Assembly: GCF_009914755.1 (NCBI RefSeq)
Contig: NC_060932.1
Length of the DNA stretch: 64,000 bases
Source of the DNA: the human T2T-CHM13v2.0 reference genome, Homo sapiens
Strand: one strand, 5' to 3'
The position numbers and the translations under genes are program-made. This document shows, one piece after another, positions 13,955-26,902 of the stretch. The notes below the pieces were generated by a model. That model was not told the origin of the DNA. It made no database searches and worked only from the letters and a program-made list of their open reading frames with translations. Each line of letters opens with the position of its first letter. Position 1 is the stretch's first letter.

Positions 13955-14240
13955 CCTTCCTTCCTCCCTCTCCCCCTTCCCCCCTCTCCCCCTTCCCCCT
14001 CCCCCTCCCTCTCTTTGCCAACAGGGTCTTGCTCTGTCACCCAGGAGGTAGTGCAGTGGCACAATCTTGGCTCACTGCAACCTCTGCTTCCCAGGTTCAT
14101 GCAATCCCAAGTAGCTGTGATTGTGGGGTTTCACAGTGTTGGCCAGTTTGGTCTCAAAGTCCTGACCTCAAATGATCCACCTGCCTCAGCCTCCCAAAGT
14201 GCTAGGATTAACAGGTGTGAGCCACCGTGCCCAGCCCCAG
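13955..14240 (-). mobile_element. Internally deleted Alu with C/T-rich low-complexity tail
   Basis: Alu segments 14020-14240; C-run tract 13955-14012. Confidence 0.85.
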
Positions 14241-14967
14241 CCTGTTTTTATATTTTCTGCATGCTGTGTAATGACTCATCGCCCTCCTCTTCCTCCAGTG
14301 AAGGTGAGAGATGATGCAGTGGGTCCCCATCAGTGTTGGATATGATTCCTCAGGTGAGTTCTGACTTAGCTTGTGACTCCACCAATGACCACAGCTGAGC
14401 CTCTACTCAGACGGGCCTTCTCTGTCCTTCAGCCTAAAGAACCAACCTCACCTCATCATTTTCCATCAAGCTGCTATGATTTGCTTTCTTAATAGCACCT
14501 GTGGCCACCTGGAATGGTTTTGTGCATTTATTTTCTATCTTCTCTACAAAGATGGGAGAAAGAAGGGGCTGGGCTGACTGTCCAGGGCTCTATCTTCAGC
14601 ACTCAGAACAGTACTAGGCCACAGCCAAGCCTAACATATTTCTTGGGTGAATACTGTGAGTGGGATCAGAACACAGGAGGGGCTGAAGAACAGATGAATT
14701 GGGTCTTCTTCCTGGCTCTCCATTAACTAGCAGTATCCACTTGGAAACCCTGCTTTAGTTTTTCTCCTCGCCTAGACTTAGATAATAATGGAGACTCCTT
14801 CAAGGTCTAAGTTCTATAACTAGCAGAGGAAAAGGCTTAACTAAGAGAAGAAATTGCTGCTGAACCTTCATTCATAAGCAGACCAGAGCAACTATTAGGC
14901 CCTGTAATGCTTCACGAATCAAAGTATTATATTCCTTTCTTACAGTTTTTTATTTTACATATATACA

Positions 14968-15231
14968 TTTTGAGACAGGGTCTCACTCTGTCACCCGGGA
15001 TGGAGTGCAGTGGTACGATCTTGGCTCACTGCAGCCTTGACGTCCCCAGGCTCCCATCTCAGCCTCTGGAGTACCTGGGGCTACAGGTGCAGGCCACAAT
15101 GCCCAGCTAAAATTTTGGTATTTTTTAGATACGGGATTTTGCCATGTTGCTCATGCTGGTCTTGAACTCCTTGGCTCAAGCCATTTTCCTGCCTCGGCCT
15201 CCCAAAGTGCTGGGATTACAGATGTGAGCCA
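14968..15231 (-). mobile_element. AluJ lacking its first ~12 nt, abutting ERV gag
   Basis: Antisense AluJ ends at gtgagccaca and passes directly into gag sequence. Confidence 0.9.
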
Positions 15232-15233
15232 CA

Positions 15234-15828
15234 GAGTTTTGGGTCGTAAATGAGCTGCCAAGGGAGGGGTTTTTCCCGAGTCCTCACCTCCTCGCTTGTC
15301 TGCTCTGGGTGGCCTAGGGATACGCTTGTCTTGTGGAGGCGCGAGCACTGTGGGCTCAAGAGTGGGGAGCCTCTTTCCCTGGTAAGGGGAGAGCACCAGT
15401 GGGATCACTGGTGCCATCTCCTGCAATGGATCTTCTGATGTTGGGTTGAACAGAACTTCTGGAGTTGATTTCCCTGGGCGAGTGGAGCAGGATCCTTCCT
15501 TAGCTATCTGTCCCTTTGCTACTAGCATTGCTGCTCCCTGCCCTCTTAGCCACTGTGGGGGGTCTAGCACCAGCTGTAACGAAGAGTCTATGTATGGGAA
15601 CTAGTCTAACTATCCTTTACCAGTTACCTTGTGCCACTCCTTAGAAGTAAGGGGCCTGTCCAGGCTTCCTTCTGATGGCCAACCCACTTCTAATGTTGGC
15701 CAATCGATTTCACACAAAGCTCTAAGTTTCCCTGCTGTCATAGTAACCCCATAGTCTCCACTAAATCCTTCCTTGAAATTTTTCAACATAGCTCCTAGCG
15801 GAGTAGGCTTACTTTGTATCTGACCCAT
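15234..15828 (-). pseudogene. gag: Disabled ERV gag (matrix plus p12-like region), HERV-E type
   Basis: MGQIQSKPTPLGAMLKNFKEGFSGDYGVTMTAGKLRALCEIDWPTLEVGWPSEGSLD has the Gly2 and WP..GS motif of gammaretroviral MA. Two in-frame TAG stops (15610-12, 15601-03); the same frame continues LDPPQWLRGQ...RPKT. Confidence 0.9.
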
Positions 15829-16353
15829 GTTTCCTGGAGACAAAACACCACGCTCACACCACACGCACACCACAGAACAAAGAACGGGTAAAAAGGGCAC
15901 ACACACTCTTTTTCATTTTACACCAGACCAGAATCAAAACTAAAATCGGAGTATCCAGAAATCCAAGCCAGGTCAAAACCAAAACCAAAGTATCAAGCAA
16001 TTCAAGTCAAGTCAAAAACAAGAACCAAAGTGCTGGTAGAGGCACGCCGTGGGTGATCAGGCCACGCTTCCACTCAGATGGAGTGGGCAAGTTCCAAACA
16101 CCAGTCTTACCAAGTTTCAGACGTCCAGACTTCTAGTGCCAGTTCCTTCCCGGTGTTCAGCCACCACGTTGATCCTCCGCGGGGGCCTGCCACACACTGC
16201 TCTGACGAGGTGTTCCACCAGGGCAATTGCCTACCCGGGAGCGCTCTCAGGATGCCCGTCGCTCAAGCTGGCCAGAGTCCCTTGCAGGGACGCTCCACAG
16301 GGCAGGCCTAAGCAGCCTAAGGGGCTGCCTCGACCGTCCTTCAATCACCTCGC

Positions 16354-16371
16354 TTCCCGGTCACGGAACCA
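16354..16371 (-). promoter_or_regulatory. Retroviral primer-binding site for tRNA-Glu
   Basis: TGGTTCCGTGACCGGGAA versus TGGTTCCCTGACCGGGAA (complement of tRNA-Glu 3' end), 17/18 match. Confidence 0.88.
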
Positions 16372-16589
16372 AGAAATGTAGCAGGACGAGTCGCAAACAA
16401 AACTCCTCAGACACCGGATTAAAGAAGGAAGAGGTTTTTGTAACCAAGAAATGTAGCAGGACGAGTCGCAGACAAAACTCCTCGGACACCGGATTAAAGA
16501 AGGAAGAGGTTTTTGTAACCAAGAAATGTAGCAGGACGAGTCGCACACAAAACTCCTCGGACACCGGATTAAAGAAGGAAGAGGTTTTT
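16367..16589. repeat. 75-bp x3 tandem repeat of LTR R/U5 end plus start of PBS
   Basis: Units start at 16367, 16442 and 16517 (aaccaagaaatgtagcaggacgagtcgc...gaggttttt) and differ at only 1-2 positions. Confidence 0.95.
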
Positions 16590-16879
16590 TATTCGGCCAG
16601 GAACGTCGGCAGACACGCGTCTTAAGAGCAGAGCTCCCCGAAGACAGAGTTCCTGGCCCTTTTAAGGGCTTACAACTCTAAGGGGTTCCACGTGAAAGGG
16701 TCGTGATGGATTGAGAGCACATGTGGTTAGAGTTGGGGGGTTAATCTTTTAACCTCAGGCCGGGTCATCAGTGGCACCGGCTGGTCTTGCCACTGACTTC
16801 ATTCCTGTTGTTTTTCAACTTTTACTTCCTCCTCCTCTTCAGAGACAGGAGACAGTAAGAGAAATGGCTTCTCTCCTCA
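16527..16879 (-). promoter_or_regulatory. LTR2-family 5' LTR (potential promoter/enhancer)
   Basis: cccttagagttgtaagcccttaaaagggccaggaa...ggggagctc...ggccgaataaa...gtcctgctaca on the minus strand resembles LTR2; CACGTG at 16689-16694. Confidence 0.8.
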
Positions 16880-18101
16880 GTAGCACTCAATCAATCATAG
16901 CATTTTCTAGATTAGAATGACTCATTTCCCCCAGTGGTGGCTTGTGGTGCGCTTATGAAAGTGAGTTCTGAGTTAGTCCTGTGGCGCCACCAATGAGCAC
17001 CGCTAAAGAGCACAAAGGCCTTGCTCATTATCTGAGTCTCTCCATCCACAGAGGAATGGGAATCAAAATGCAGGAGTGGCTTGAGAATGGATGAATTGGG
17101 CTTTCTTTCTAAGCCTCAGCTTTAGGTGGGAAGCTGAGGTACTGAGCATACTGTGTGACTGTGCCCTGTCACACACCACACGGGGCAGATCCAGATCCAG
17201 GACTCTATCCAGGAGCTGTTCTTTCCTTCCTAGCACAGTACTGTAAACTCATCCCCGGGAGAGCTAGCTGGGCTTGTGTCTTCCCTTCTGAGGCCCAGAC
17301 AATGCTCTTATTCTTTCAGCCAACCAATGTTGGAGTGTCTACTCTCCGAGGTAGTGTCCTCTCTCACAAGGTTTTCCCTTTGTGGCAGAAACATCAAAGA
17401 GTACAACTTCAATTGCCCATGCTTCTCTAACTCAAAATGGTTTTGGTCTCTTCTTCTAATTCCTAAACCCAGTAAAACCAGGAACTGTGCTCTGCAACCT
17501 CAATTACAAACATACAGGAGTCGGTTAATAAATGTTTAAAAATCTGTGAATGATTACATTGGGATAAGGGACAAGAAGTAGATCTTTTCAAAGAATCAAT
17601 ATGCTATAATCTTAGAAAAGCTGCAATTCAGGTAGGTAACTTGAGACTTCTGTATAAAAGAAAAGACTAGAATATTGTTTTTTGTTTTTTTCTTGTTGTT
17701 GTTGTTTGTTTTTTGTAAGTTCATCCCAAAGTTGAGGGCTGGCCAAAGAAGTTTTCAGCTAATTGCCTCTTGCCTAGTTTCAGGATTAAACTGTATTTGA
17801 TTTGATTATATAAGAAAAAGAAGAGAGACTTTGCCCTGAGTAACAAACTGTGGGTCATCCTTATCTAAAGTGTACAGAGGGGTACTTTTTCATTCCTAAA
17901 ATAAGGCTGACTCACATACACACACATAAAATATGCCAGCGTGGCATGCGGCCCCATTTTTCCAAATCCTTGGCCTGGGAATGTGGAGCTGACAGCCTGG
18001 CCTAGATGCAGAGAAAATCCAGGCTTCCCAGGAACTGAAAAGCAAATCGATCTTGGTTCAACATCTTCAGACATTCAACATTTAAGATTATTCAGCATTT
18101 C

Positions 18102-18241
18102 GGCCAGGCGTGATGGCTCACGTCTGTAATTCCAGCACTTTGGGAGGCCAAGGCAGGCAGATCACAAGGTCAGGAGATCAAGACCATCCTGGCTAACACG
18201 GAGAAACCCCATCTCTACTAAAAAGACAAAAAAAAAAAAAA
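18102..18241 (+). mobile_element. AluY left monomer only, with A-tail and 18-bp TSD
   Basis: gagatcaagaccatcctggctaacacgg (AluY-type); TSD aagattattcagcatttc 18084-18101 / aagactattcagcatttc 18242-18259. Confidence 0.9.
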
Positions 18242-18984
18242 AAGACTATTCAGCATTTCAACTGCCACACACAGCTCCCGGTTGTAATTCGGTCACAATT
18301 CTGGTTTTAGCTTTGTCTATACAAAGTTGTCTTCAAGGCTCTAAGGATCCAAAGGATCAAAGACATAAGTTTAGCTTCTGGTTTCCTGCGTAAAACTCTG
18401 CAAAGAGCCCTGCTGGCTACCCAAGAACACCTTCACCCTGCCAGGTTCTGCGTTGAACCTCATGTGTCCCTGTGGGGACCTCAGGGTCTACTGAGATTGC
18501 AAGTTACACCTGGACCTTCTGATAAGCTTGACATGAAAATACAACTTGGATCCAAAGACTAAGGTTTCCAAACTCAAACCAGGACCTATGGTCTGGAATG
18601 TAGACTGGTAATGGGTGGGTCCCAGAGTACTAAACACTGTGTTTGTCACTTTGATCACTTACAGGAAACTCTAGTACGTTGGTTTTAGATACTGGTTTAG
18701 CATGGACAGATGCGTATGTGAATCCTGACTAGGTCTTCTGTTAACAAATCTTCCTTGAATGGATAACACTTGGGGTAGACAGAATAACACCCCCAACCCC
18801 AGCCCCACCAAAGATGCCCACAGCTTAATCCATTGTACCTGTGAATATGCTACCTCAAATGGCAAAAGCGACTTGGCAAAGGTGATTAAATTAAGGATCT
18901 TGAAATGAGATGGTGAATCCAGATTACCCAGGTGGGCCCAGTATTACAACGAACGAGGTTGTAAGAAGGAAGTGGGCGGAAAGA

Positions 18985-19440
18985 AAAGAACGAAAGCCTA
19001 TCATTCACAGCAACATGAATGGAACTGGAGGTCATTATGTTAAGTGAAATAAGCCAGGCACAGAAAGACAAATAACCCATGTTCTCAATTATATCTGAGA
19101 GCTGAAAAGGTGGATCTCATGAAGATGGAGAGTAAATTGGTGGTTACCAGGAGCTGAGAAGGGTGGCAGGGAGAAAGGGAGAAAGAGGTTGATTAATGGC
19201 TATAAACACACTTAGAAGAAATAAGACCCGGTGGCTGATAGATCAATAGGGCGACTACGGTTAACATTAATCAATTGTTCATTTCAAAATGGCTCGGCTT
19301 TCCTAGCAAAAAGAAAAGCCACATATTTAATGGGATGGATATCCCAATTACACTTTGATTACATGAATGTAGCAAATTCTCAAATGCCTCCTGAAAACAT
19401 GTACATCTATTATGTTTCAATCAACTTTTTAAAAATTTTA
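18985..19440 (+). mobile_element. L1MA/L1MB 3' fragment
   Basis: gaatggaactggaggtcattatgttaagtgaaataagccaggcacagaaagacaaata. Confidence 0.85.
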
Positions 19441-19446
19441 AATGAT

Positions 19447-19606
19447 AGCCAGGCATCGTGGTGCACACCTGTAATCCCAGCTACTCTGGAGGCTGAGTCA
19501 TGAGAATCTCTTGAACCCTAGAGGCAGAGGTTGCAGCGAACCGAGATTGCACCACTGCACTCCAGCCCGGGCAACAGAGCAAGACCTCATCTCAAAAAAT
19601 TAAAAA
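19447..19606 (+). mobile_element. Alu right-arm monomer
   Basis: Right-arm sequence followed by A-rich tail. Confidence 0.85.
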
Positions 19607-19610
19607 TTTA

Positions 19611-19923
<313 letters not shown>

Positions 19924-21574
19924 TTAAATGAAACGAAGAGGTGGATAGGAGATCAGAGTGACTATGGGAACAAGGGTTATAGACAGGGAGAGAGAGATTT
20001 GAAGACGTCATGCTGGCTGTGAAGATGGAGGAAGGGGTCTACCCCACAGAGCAGGAACTCTACGTGATTCACTGATACCCGTATAGCACCCAGAATAGCA
20101 TCTGGCACATATTAGCCGTCCAATAAACAGTCATTGAATGAACAAAGAATTAGAAACTACTTGCAGGTTCTTTGGTGAGGGGGCAGGAACCCACATTTTG
20201 CTGGATTTTCCCAAGAGGCCAGCACTGTGTGAACCCTTATGTCATCTCCTAAGAAACACACTAGGATGAAGGTGTTATCCTCACTGCGCATATGAGATGA
20301 ACAGACAGCACATCTTAACAAAACGCAAACTAGAAATTCTAATGCAAAGATGATCTAACATAATGTATGGTCCTATTATTGTGAAGTCACTGTATGGACA
20401 CAATTAACTGATCTGAATTCGATATGGAAGAAAAAGATGAGCACAGTCTTAAATTTATCTACTATCCCTACTATCCCACCAAATGAGTGTATGCCCCCCA
20501 GTGAGTGAAACAAGGGAAGCACGAACTCACTGGCCTTATGTTCTGCATGTCTCTCATCTTATGAGTATCTTTCCAGGCTGAGAATGAGTCCAGTGTTTAG
20601 AGATACACATTTTCCCCTATGCAATACAGCCCTCAAATGGAAGACCGCTATTTCATTTGATGTTCAACTAAAGAAACATTACCAGCACTGGAGAAAACAA
20701 AACAAAACAAGACTAGCTATGTTGAACTAGTTGCAAATAATGGTTATCCTTGAGTTATTATTGATTCTTATTTTCCCCACAACCTGTGTCCAACCCACCA
20801 GCTGTCCCTGTCAATGCCCCCTACAAAGCATGAACTGAATCTGCTGCAACTTCCCAACCTCAACCCCACCACAAAGGAGGCCAAGCTTCCAGCATCTCCG
20901 GCCTGCACTGCTGCAAAACCTCCTAGCTGGCCTCCCTGCTTCCCCCACTACCAGCCTGCAATCCATGCTCCCCATAGAACACGAAAAGAGAATGAGAGAA
21001 CTCGAAAAGGGAATTCAGATCATGAAGTGTCCTTGCTCAGAACTCTCCCAACACACTTGGAAAACAAACCCCAAAGCATCTATAATTCCCTGCCTGCTTG
21101 GCTCCATCCCGGGCCAGTCTCCCTGGGGCTGCTTTGTCCTGGCTTATTCTCTCCGCAGGAGCTTATCCTAGCTCTTCCCTCTGCCTGGATGATCTTTTTT
21201 CCTTCCATCTTTGCCTGAGGCTCCTTCTTGTCACTCAGATCTCGGCTGAAATGTCACCTCCTGGGAGAAGACTTTCCTTGTCATTTCCTATTACCATGTA
21301 GGTCTTTGAATAGTGCTTAATACCCACTGATGTGTGCTGACTGGAACCCTGCACCAGATGCCAGGCTCTATAAGAGCAGGGACCTTGCCTGCCTCGATCA
21401 CATCTGCCACCCCAGTAGAGAAAGTTGCCTGACATATATGGGGGTTCCAAGTGTACCCCTCAAATGGATTTATTAAGGACACGCTTACTTATCTTTGTTT
21501 TTTGCTTACTTGGTTACTTCAGAACTTGCCCCAGGGAAAAAATATGTGAATCTGCTATAGAAAAGAAGTAGGTA

Positions 21575-22040
21575 TTTTATAGATGAAGAAATGGACGGCT
21601 AAAGAGACCATGTGATTTGCCCAAGATCACACGGCTGTAAGTGGTGAGTTGGGCTTTAAACCCAGGCCTGTCCGATTCTAATTCTCAGGTTCTTTCTACC
21701 ATGCCACAATGCCTTCCTGGGCGTTGGGAGCCCAAGAACAGGATGGAGCTGGCCTGGGAAGCACTTCGGCTAGGAGAGGTGGATGGGATCCCCAGTGGAG
21801 GTGCGCTGAAAGCCAGCATGCTGAGAGCTCAGGCTCAGGCGACCCCCATGCAGCAGCTCAGTGGCCTTGCAAGAAACTTAAGTTCTCTAAATTTCTGCTT
21901 CCTCCAGTGGAAAATGAAGACTATAGTAGCTATTCCATAGGACAGGTATAAGGATTTCATGAGCTATTATACATACTATATTTAGCAAGGTACCTGGTGC
22001 ACAGTAGGCCCTTCATAAATAGTAGCATCATTGCTATCAG
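21575..22040. mobile_element. Two MIR fragments in opposite orientation
   Basis: atagatgaagaaatgga...tttgcccaagatcacac (minus) and ttcctccagtggaaaatg...cctggtgcacagtagg (plus). Confidence 0.55.
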
Positions 22041-22976
22041 TATCACCAGGACAAAATTTGCACATTCACAGTTATCTGCAAAGCCACACTAAGTCTTGAC
22101 TCTACCAGTGGTGGGTCAGAGGGTCCCCCTAAATGACCAGTTACTTCTCCTTTCAGCCAAGGCTTCAACTGAGCAGGAGCTGACTATATGCCTCTTTGGG
22201 TAGACTTGAGGGAAGGGGCCCAGGAACCTTGTCCATATCTAGCTTGAGAAAAATGAGAACTAGTCTTTTTCTTTTTCAGAATCACCACCCAAGCCCCAGT
22301 GGTACTCATAGCTGCTAACTCTGGCTTGATTTCAATACCATCTTCCCCTTCTCAAACACCTGCCGTGGCCTATGGTGTCTGCACAAGTCCACTAGAATTA
22401 GACTATTAGAAAAAGCCCACTTACACTAATTTAAAAAAAATCTATCTCCCTTTTGCTTATTGTTGGCCCTTGTGACAATTTAGAGCGAGTCTAATGGTCC
22501 AGCCGTAGCCCTTTCCACATTGGGAAGCAGCTGTCAGTCTTCCTATTTCCTTCAGCGTCAGCTCTCATGGGAATGATCTCCAGCCCTATCACTCATCTGG
22601 TTACTCTTTTTAGTTTGTCTAAATCCTTTTTAAAATGCTGTGCTCAGAATGACATGCAGTACTCCAGATATGATCTGATAGTGTGGGGATCGCTATCACA
22701 ACAGACAGTGTGGGGTTATAACCTCTCCATTCTCTATTTAACTCAAGGCATTGGGCAACCATGTGACATAGATACCTTTTGCAGTGTTTACTGTCAAATG
22801 AAATTCCGCAGTTGTTTTTCGACATCGGCCTCCAGCCTTCCCTTTCATGCATGGGTATCTCAGAGTCAGGGAATATTTTGGGAGGTTTTGGTGCCACAGA
22901 GTTGGCTCCACATACATCAAGTTCTGATGTTGCAACATTAGCTAGTAGCTGAGACCACATCAAGACCTTGTTCTAG

Positions 22977-23329
<353 letters not shown>

Positions 23330-24206
23330 TGAGTCATAGACTCTAAGGAATCCAGTTTAGTGTAGGGCCTGCTGTTCTTGCCTCTGACCCAACAAGTGCA
23401 GGGATCCTTGGGAATTCTGCTAAGCTTTAAGATTTGACCATGGGTGCACAAGTCCAAAGATAAGTCAAAAACCACAGCATCAGTCTGTGTGTTTGTTATG
23501 AGTAAGATCCCAGACTTTCTTCAGTCCAGATATTTACCAGCAAAGATCCCAGCACATAGGGGAGAAACACCTGGAAGTCTGGGAGAGGTACAGAGAGACT
23601 GGGTCCCTGGGGCTGAGTATTAAGAAAGTAGGGTACACAGTGGTCCTCAGTAACATAGGAACCAAACGCAGATCAGGAATCAGAACAGGGTGCTGAGGTC
23701 AGACAGACACTGCTTCATGCTGCACTGCAGCCTTTCTAGTGTTCAGCAACCTATTTTATTCTAGGACATGGTCTCAGCTCCAGAGTAAGTGAAAGCGAGA
23801 CAGAACCTTGTCTTTGTTCATTGTCCAGCAGCATGGGGTTCTGGTTCTCCTGTGTTCCTGGCTTCCCCAGTGGAATCCCTTTCTCTTACCTCCATCACTG
23901 GATTTCTAGAGAGATGACCAGTTCGGGGGCACATTTTTGTCTGCTGTTAATTAATAACAGTTTGTGTATCTATGGATGTTAAATGCAAGTTAATCACCTT
24001 CCATTTGGTATTTGTTTCCATTTTAAAAACCAATATCACAGTTCCTCCTTTGTCTCCAACCTAAGTTAGATGCTAATTAGAATTCTTTTTTGAATTCTCA
24101 TTGTATGCTATGCTTTCCTTTCTTAACTTTGGCTACAAAGATAAAGAAAGATGTGTATAATGACTTGTTCGATGTCTATCTCCCTAATAGACTGTGAGGC
24201 CTGTGA

Positions 24207-24632
<426 letters not shown>

Positions 24633-25182
24633 TAGATGAGTGAGTGAGTCAATGAGTGAATGAATGAATGAATGAGGCAAATCATGGTTACAGTTGGGAC
24701 TTGACTTTGTGACCAAGATTTTTCCACTAGGCGCTACATCGCCCTGGGGTTAGAAGGTAGACCAGCTGGCCCACCCCATTTATCCAACCTGCTTGCAATC
24801 CTGTGTCTACCTGCAACCCCCAGCCTTATAACTCTAGTTAGTCATCTTTGAGGTCAACCCCTCCCCATTTTATTTGTGTCTTTCTCCATTTGTCTGTCTT
24901 TGGAATTCAATTTCTTCCATCCCTATTGTCTGGCTTCTGATATGGGACTGGCTTTCTTATTAAAAGGAATTCCAGTTGTGTTTTTTCTTGGTTTATTTTA
25001 TTCTTGTCTAGGCTATAGGTGTCCCTGCATTCTGAGGCCACTAATGTTAGATTGTCTCTTTTTCATTTAGTACCTTTTGGGACCTTATCAAGCTGCTACT
25101 GCTCCAATCTGGCCTCACTGAAAGGCCTGATCATATACCCTGTTTGGTTCTATACAGGCTTTATACGATAAAGCCAAGAGGA

Positions 25183-25479
25183 GGTTGGGCACAGCGGCTC
25201 CCACCTGTAATTCTAGCACTTTGGGATGCCAAAGTGGGAGGATCACTTGAGCTCAGAAGTTCAAGACGAGACTTGGCAACCTCAGGAAACCCCATCTCTA
25301 CAAGAAAAAAAAAAAAAAAAATTTAGCTGGGCATAGTGACATGTGCCTGTAGTCCCAGCCAGTCAGGAAGCTGAAGCAGGGGGATGACCTGAGCCCAGGA
25401 TGTTGAGGGTGCAGGCAGCCGTGACTGAGCCACTGCACTCCAGCCTGGGTGACAGAGTGAGACACTGTCTCAAAAAAAA
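25183..25479 (+). mobile_element. AluJ
   Basis: Diverged dimeric Alu. Confidence 0.9.
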
Positions 25480-26655
25480 GACAAGGGGATTTCTAGTCAA
25501 CATTTACTTACATTATAATATAGAACATGTAAGACTTTTTTGTTCTTCAAACTTCATAGTATTTTTGAGGAGGAGCTGCTTTACAATAGAATGGAGAGGA
25601 AAGAACTGGGGTGATACCTAAGACGAGAACATCAAGATACACTATTAAAGATCACTGGGCTACTCAAGATGCACAGGCTAGCAGTGTGACCATGAACAAG
25701 TCACTTTTGTGGGCTACAGCTTCCGAATTTGTAAAACAAAGGTATCAGTAGTTTCTCAGATTCCTTCGAAGTTTTATGATTCTCTAGTATTTTGAGTTTT
25801 TCAGAAGAAAGTTTGTTATAGAAATACTAAGAATAATTGCTAACTGCCCCAGTTTGCACACAATCAGAACTTTGTGTTAATTTGTTCATAGACCAAGTTG
25901 AATTTGCATTAGTGCCCTTGACAAAATAAGTATTGGCTTTTTAAATTCTTTAATTACCACGAGACTGGTGTATTGACATGGTTCTCAGAGCAATCTTAGA
26001 GAACAAGGAACTGTTTATGAGTCTAGTAATCTTGCAGTAGGCTATTCATTCTTTGGTATTTGGTTTGACCTTTATTTTTCTTTTTCAGTCACATTGATTT
26101 AAATATCATTAGCCCAAAAATGTACCAAAGGGTAACTGCATTCACTGTTATGGCTCCCCTCAGCTATTACTTTGCAATTCATCTTTTATGGCAAAGCTTC
26201 CCTCATAAATGAGCCAAGAGGGCTGAGTTTGAATCGCAGTCACACTTTTTGCAGCAAGTGGGGAGTGTACTTTAAATGTAACAAAAGCAAAGCACAGGAT
26301 CAGGGAAAACATTTGCTAAATGGCAAATGGCTATTTGGATCTATTCAAGGGAGTGTATGTTATGAGAGGTGTGAATGGCACTATTCAATTGTATTATATT
26401 AAAAAGGAAAATGAGTGAAAATCAGTTCCCATGAAACTGTACATTTCCATTGAAAAATCTCCCTGGTTGATTACATTTTGGATCTTACAATTAACCCATT
26501 AATATTCCACCATTTCTTAATTGTACAATTGTACAATGGATGTTTCGTGGAAGCTGGTGGGTCTATCCCTAAACTGAAGAACTACATTTCTTAATTGTAC
26601 AATTATACAATTAATTAGTAGTACAATTAACAGGGGTTAATTGGAAGATTCAGTT

Positions 26656-26902
26656 GGCCAGGTGCAGTGCCTCATGTCTGTAATCCCAGCAATTTGGGAG
26701 GCCAAGGCAAGTGGATTGCTTGACCCAGGAGTTCGAGACCAATCTGGGCAACATGACAAGACTCTGTCTCTATGAAGCATTTTTTTTTTTTTTTTTTAAA
26801 AAGAAAGCCTGGCATGGTGGTAAGCGCCTGTAGTCCCAGCTACTCAGGAGGCTTAGGTGGGAGGATCCCTTGGAATTCACCTGGTGGCAGAGCAAGACCC
26901 TG

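Larger units (their letters stand above)
15232..16879 (-). mobile_element. 3'-truncated HERV-E/Harlequin-type (ERV1) provirus: 5' LTR, PBS, leader, partial gag
   Basis: LTR begins TG at 16879; AATAAA at 16588-16593; ends ...gtcctgctaCA; tRNA-Glu PBS; gamma-type Gag matrix; no pol, env or 3' LTR. Confidence 0.9.

Noticed and set aside
15610-15906. Intact domesticated gag gene
   Set aside because: Two in-frame stops inside matrix and truncation before capsid
16367-16589. 75-bp repeat as a CRISPR-like array or repeat-protein gene (ORF 16227-16625)
   Set aside because: Units are head-to-tail with no unique spacers, the DNA is eukaryotic LTR sequence, and the 25-aa periodicity simply reflects a unit length divisible by three
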